Assembly: GCA_051942245.1 (NCBI GenBank)
Contig: JAVECL010000041.1
Location: 1 to 64,000, forward strand
Source: Trypethelium eluteriae
Lineage: Eukaryota
DNA: 64,000 nt
Reading direction: 5' to 3'
The notes beneath the pieces are model-generated. The model was not told the origin of the DNA and ran no database searches. It was given only the letters and a program-made list of their open reading frames with translations. Both the position numbers and the translations under genes were made by a program. Shown here piece after piece: positions 62,401-64,000 of the stretch. Position 1 is the stretch's first letter, and the number at the start of each line of letters is the position of its first letter.

Positions 62401-63667
62401 AATCGACGTGTCGCCAAAACCCATTACGTTGCACTCTGACATCGCACTCGAATCTTGAGATTTCTCGCAATCTACGCATTGTGGCAAGTGTTTCCATCAA
62501 CGTTGTCGTGATGCTCACGACAGAGATAATGAAAATACAAGCCGCGTAGTAGTAGTATTGGTCAAGAGACCATAGAATCAGACTTGCGATCTGGAAGACG
62601 TAAAACGGATGGAAGACTTCATCGACCAAGAGTTGCCCGACACTTTTCTGCTTAATATCGATCATGTTCTGGCCAAATACTCTCTGCCGCAGCTCCTTGT
62701 CATCATTTTCTAGACCTAGCCGGATCGTCTTGACGTCGGTCCAAGCGGGATCTTTCCATGCGTTTCCCAGGACAAACTTGTCTTTCAACGGGTGGAAACA
62801 AAAACGAATGTAGCGATAATCGATAGACCGAAGCTGGTTGAGCACCGGATCAAAGTCGGCATCGTAATCTTCGAATCCTGCCTTCTCTTGGATCCCGAAT
62901 ACTGTGGACAGCGAGTGTCCGTAATCTTGCTTCAAGAGCTGTTGTATCTCGAGCTCCCCCCACTGGTTCTCAATAGCCACCCAGTCGGCGTCTCGCAAAG
63001 GCCGTGAAGTCCCAAGGATTCGAATTCGCCAGCGAGGCAGCCATCGCAGTAATAGATACCCTAATCCCGCGGTCATCAGACAGATGATAGTGTAAATGAT
63101 CAAACCCAATATCGAGGTTTTGAAGCCAGCAACCACGATAGTCATATCTTCCGTCACGATATAAATCTTTTGACTTGCTCGCCCTTCTCTGCGGTACCCA
63201 GTCACATCCGTATCAGACGACGTGCGTCGCCGTAATAAAGGAGCTTGCACAGAAGACCTCGAATTCGCAGATGATTTGCGACGCAGTGATGGTGACTCCT
63301 CAGAATCCAACTCAGAATCGTGCTCGAGCGTCCCATCAAGCTCTTCAGTATCATCTTGTGCCTCGGTCACCGCCAACTCATCCAGCCATTCTTCAGACGA
63401 CCCGTTGTCCTGCCCCTCCTCGTAGTACGTGAAGCTCGTGGTTGAACCTGCTCGGGGCCGTTGGTGCGCGAAGGATGAAACGCTCGTGGGTACGCTTTCC
63501 GAGACTGGTCCAGCAAAGACATCTTCGCTCGCCATCTCAACGTCAGTCAAGAAGCTGGCCTCGCTCCAGTTGGAGCCGCGGCGGTAGAAGCTTGAGCGTT
63601 GGCCATGCCGCGCAGAGCTCGCGATGGAGCTACTACGGCGGGCGCCAGAGGTGTTGTCTTCGTTCAT
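59402..63667 (-). CDS. ypk9: P5B-type ATPase (YPK9/ATP13A-like)
   Basis: [49 protein letters not shown]; 3' introns restore the frame. Confidence 0.96.
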
Positions 63668-64000
63668 GTCGACAAAGCATTGAGGCGACTTGTCATGAAG
63701 GTAACATCGTTACGCATCTGTCCGTTCGCCCAAGGATGTGGGCTCTTGCGTTGCTGGTGGTGACTTTTCGGCTACAAGGATTCGCCGATATCAGGTAGCA
63801 GCTAGATAAGCACGGACCACCGCCGAACTATCCTTCCACGAAAGCTACCCTTTGCAGGTCATTCTCACTTAACTGAAGCCACGGTTCGTCTGTATGTAAC
63901 TCAATGGTCTACCGTACGGGTATCGTACGCCACGTCACAGTCGGCCCAGATTTCAATGACTGTGTGGCTCCGCAAGTGTGGCCTATCACGATCGGTGGAA

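Noticed and set aside
1..64000. tRNA, rRNA, CRISPR arrays, intact transposons, cryptic PTS1 readthrough extensions
   Set aside because: None recognised by eye; no gene stop has a TGA-CTA context followed by an SKL-like end

Overview
Eukaryotic, intron-containing DNA from a filamentous ascomycete (Pezizomycotina; short GT-AG introns with CTRAY branch points). A backbone of conserved housekeeping genes (GSK3, CBP80, FLX1-type carrier, SIZ/PIAS ligase, RPF1, GlyRS, RIX1, YPP1, aspartate kinase, BUR1, CMAS-like methyltransferase, P5B ATPase) is interrupted by accessory segments. These are an S53 tripeptidyl peptidase, an unusual multidomain S8 protease, a GT4 glycosyltransferase, an intronless three-gene island (secreted Gly-rich hydrophobic protein, a twice-broken GST::CmcJ/NvfI-type dioxygenase fusion, a yellow/MRJP protein), and a ~7 kb gene-poor gap. 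That gap holds two convergent 'MC...' Cys/His microprotein ORFs with the same seven-ligand spacing. Other points worth follow-up: a dual-start (mitochondrial/cytosolic) GlyRS, a long in-frame N-terminal extension on CBP80, candidate alternative splicing in SIZ1, and repeated C-rich to G-rich skew switches inside gene 3' halves. No tRNA, rRNA, CRISPR or intact transposon was recognised. All gene names come from my recognition of motifs, not from database searches, and exon structures were deduced by eye.
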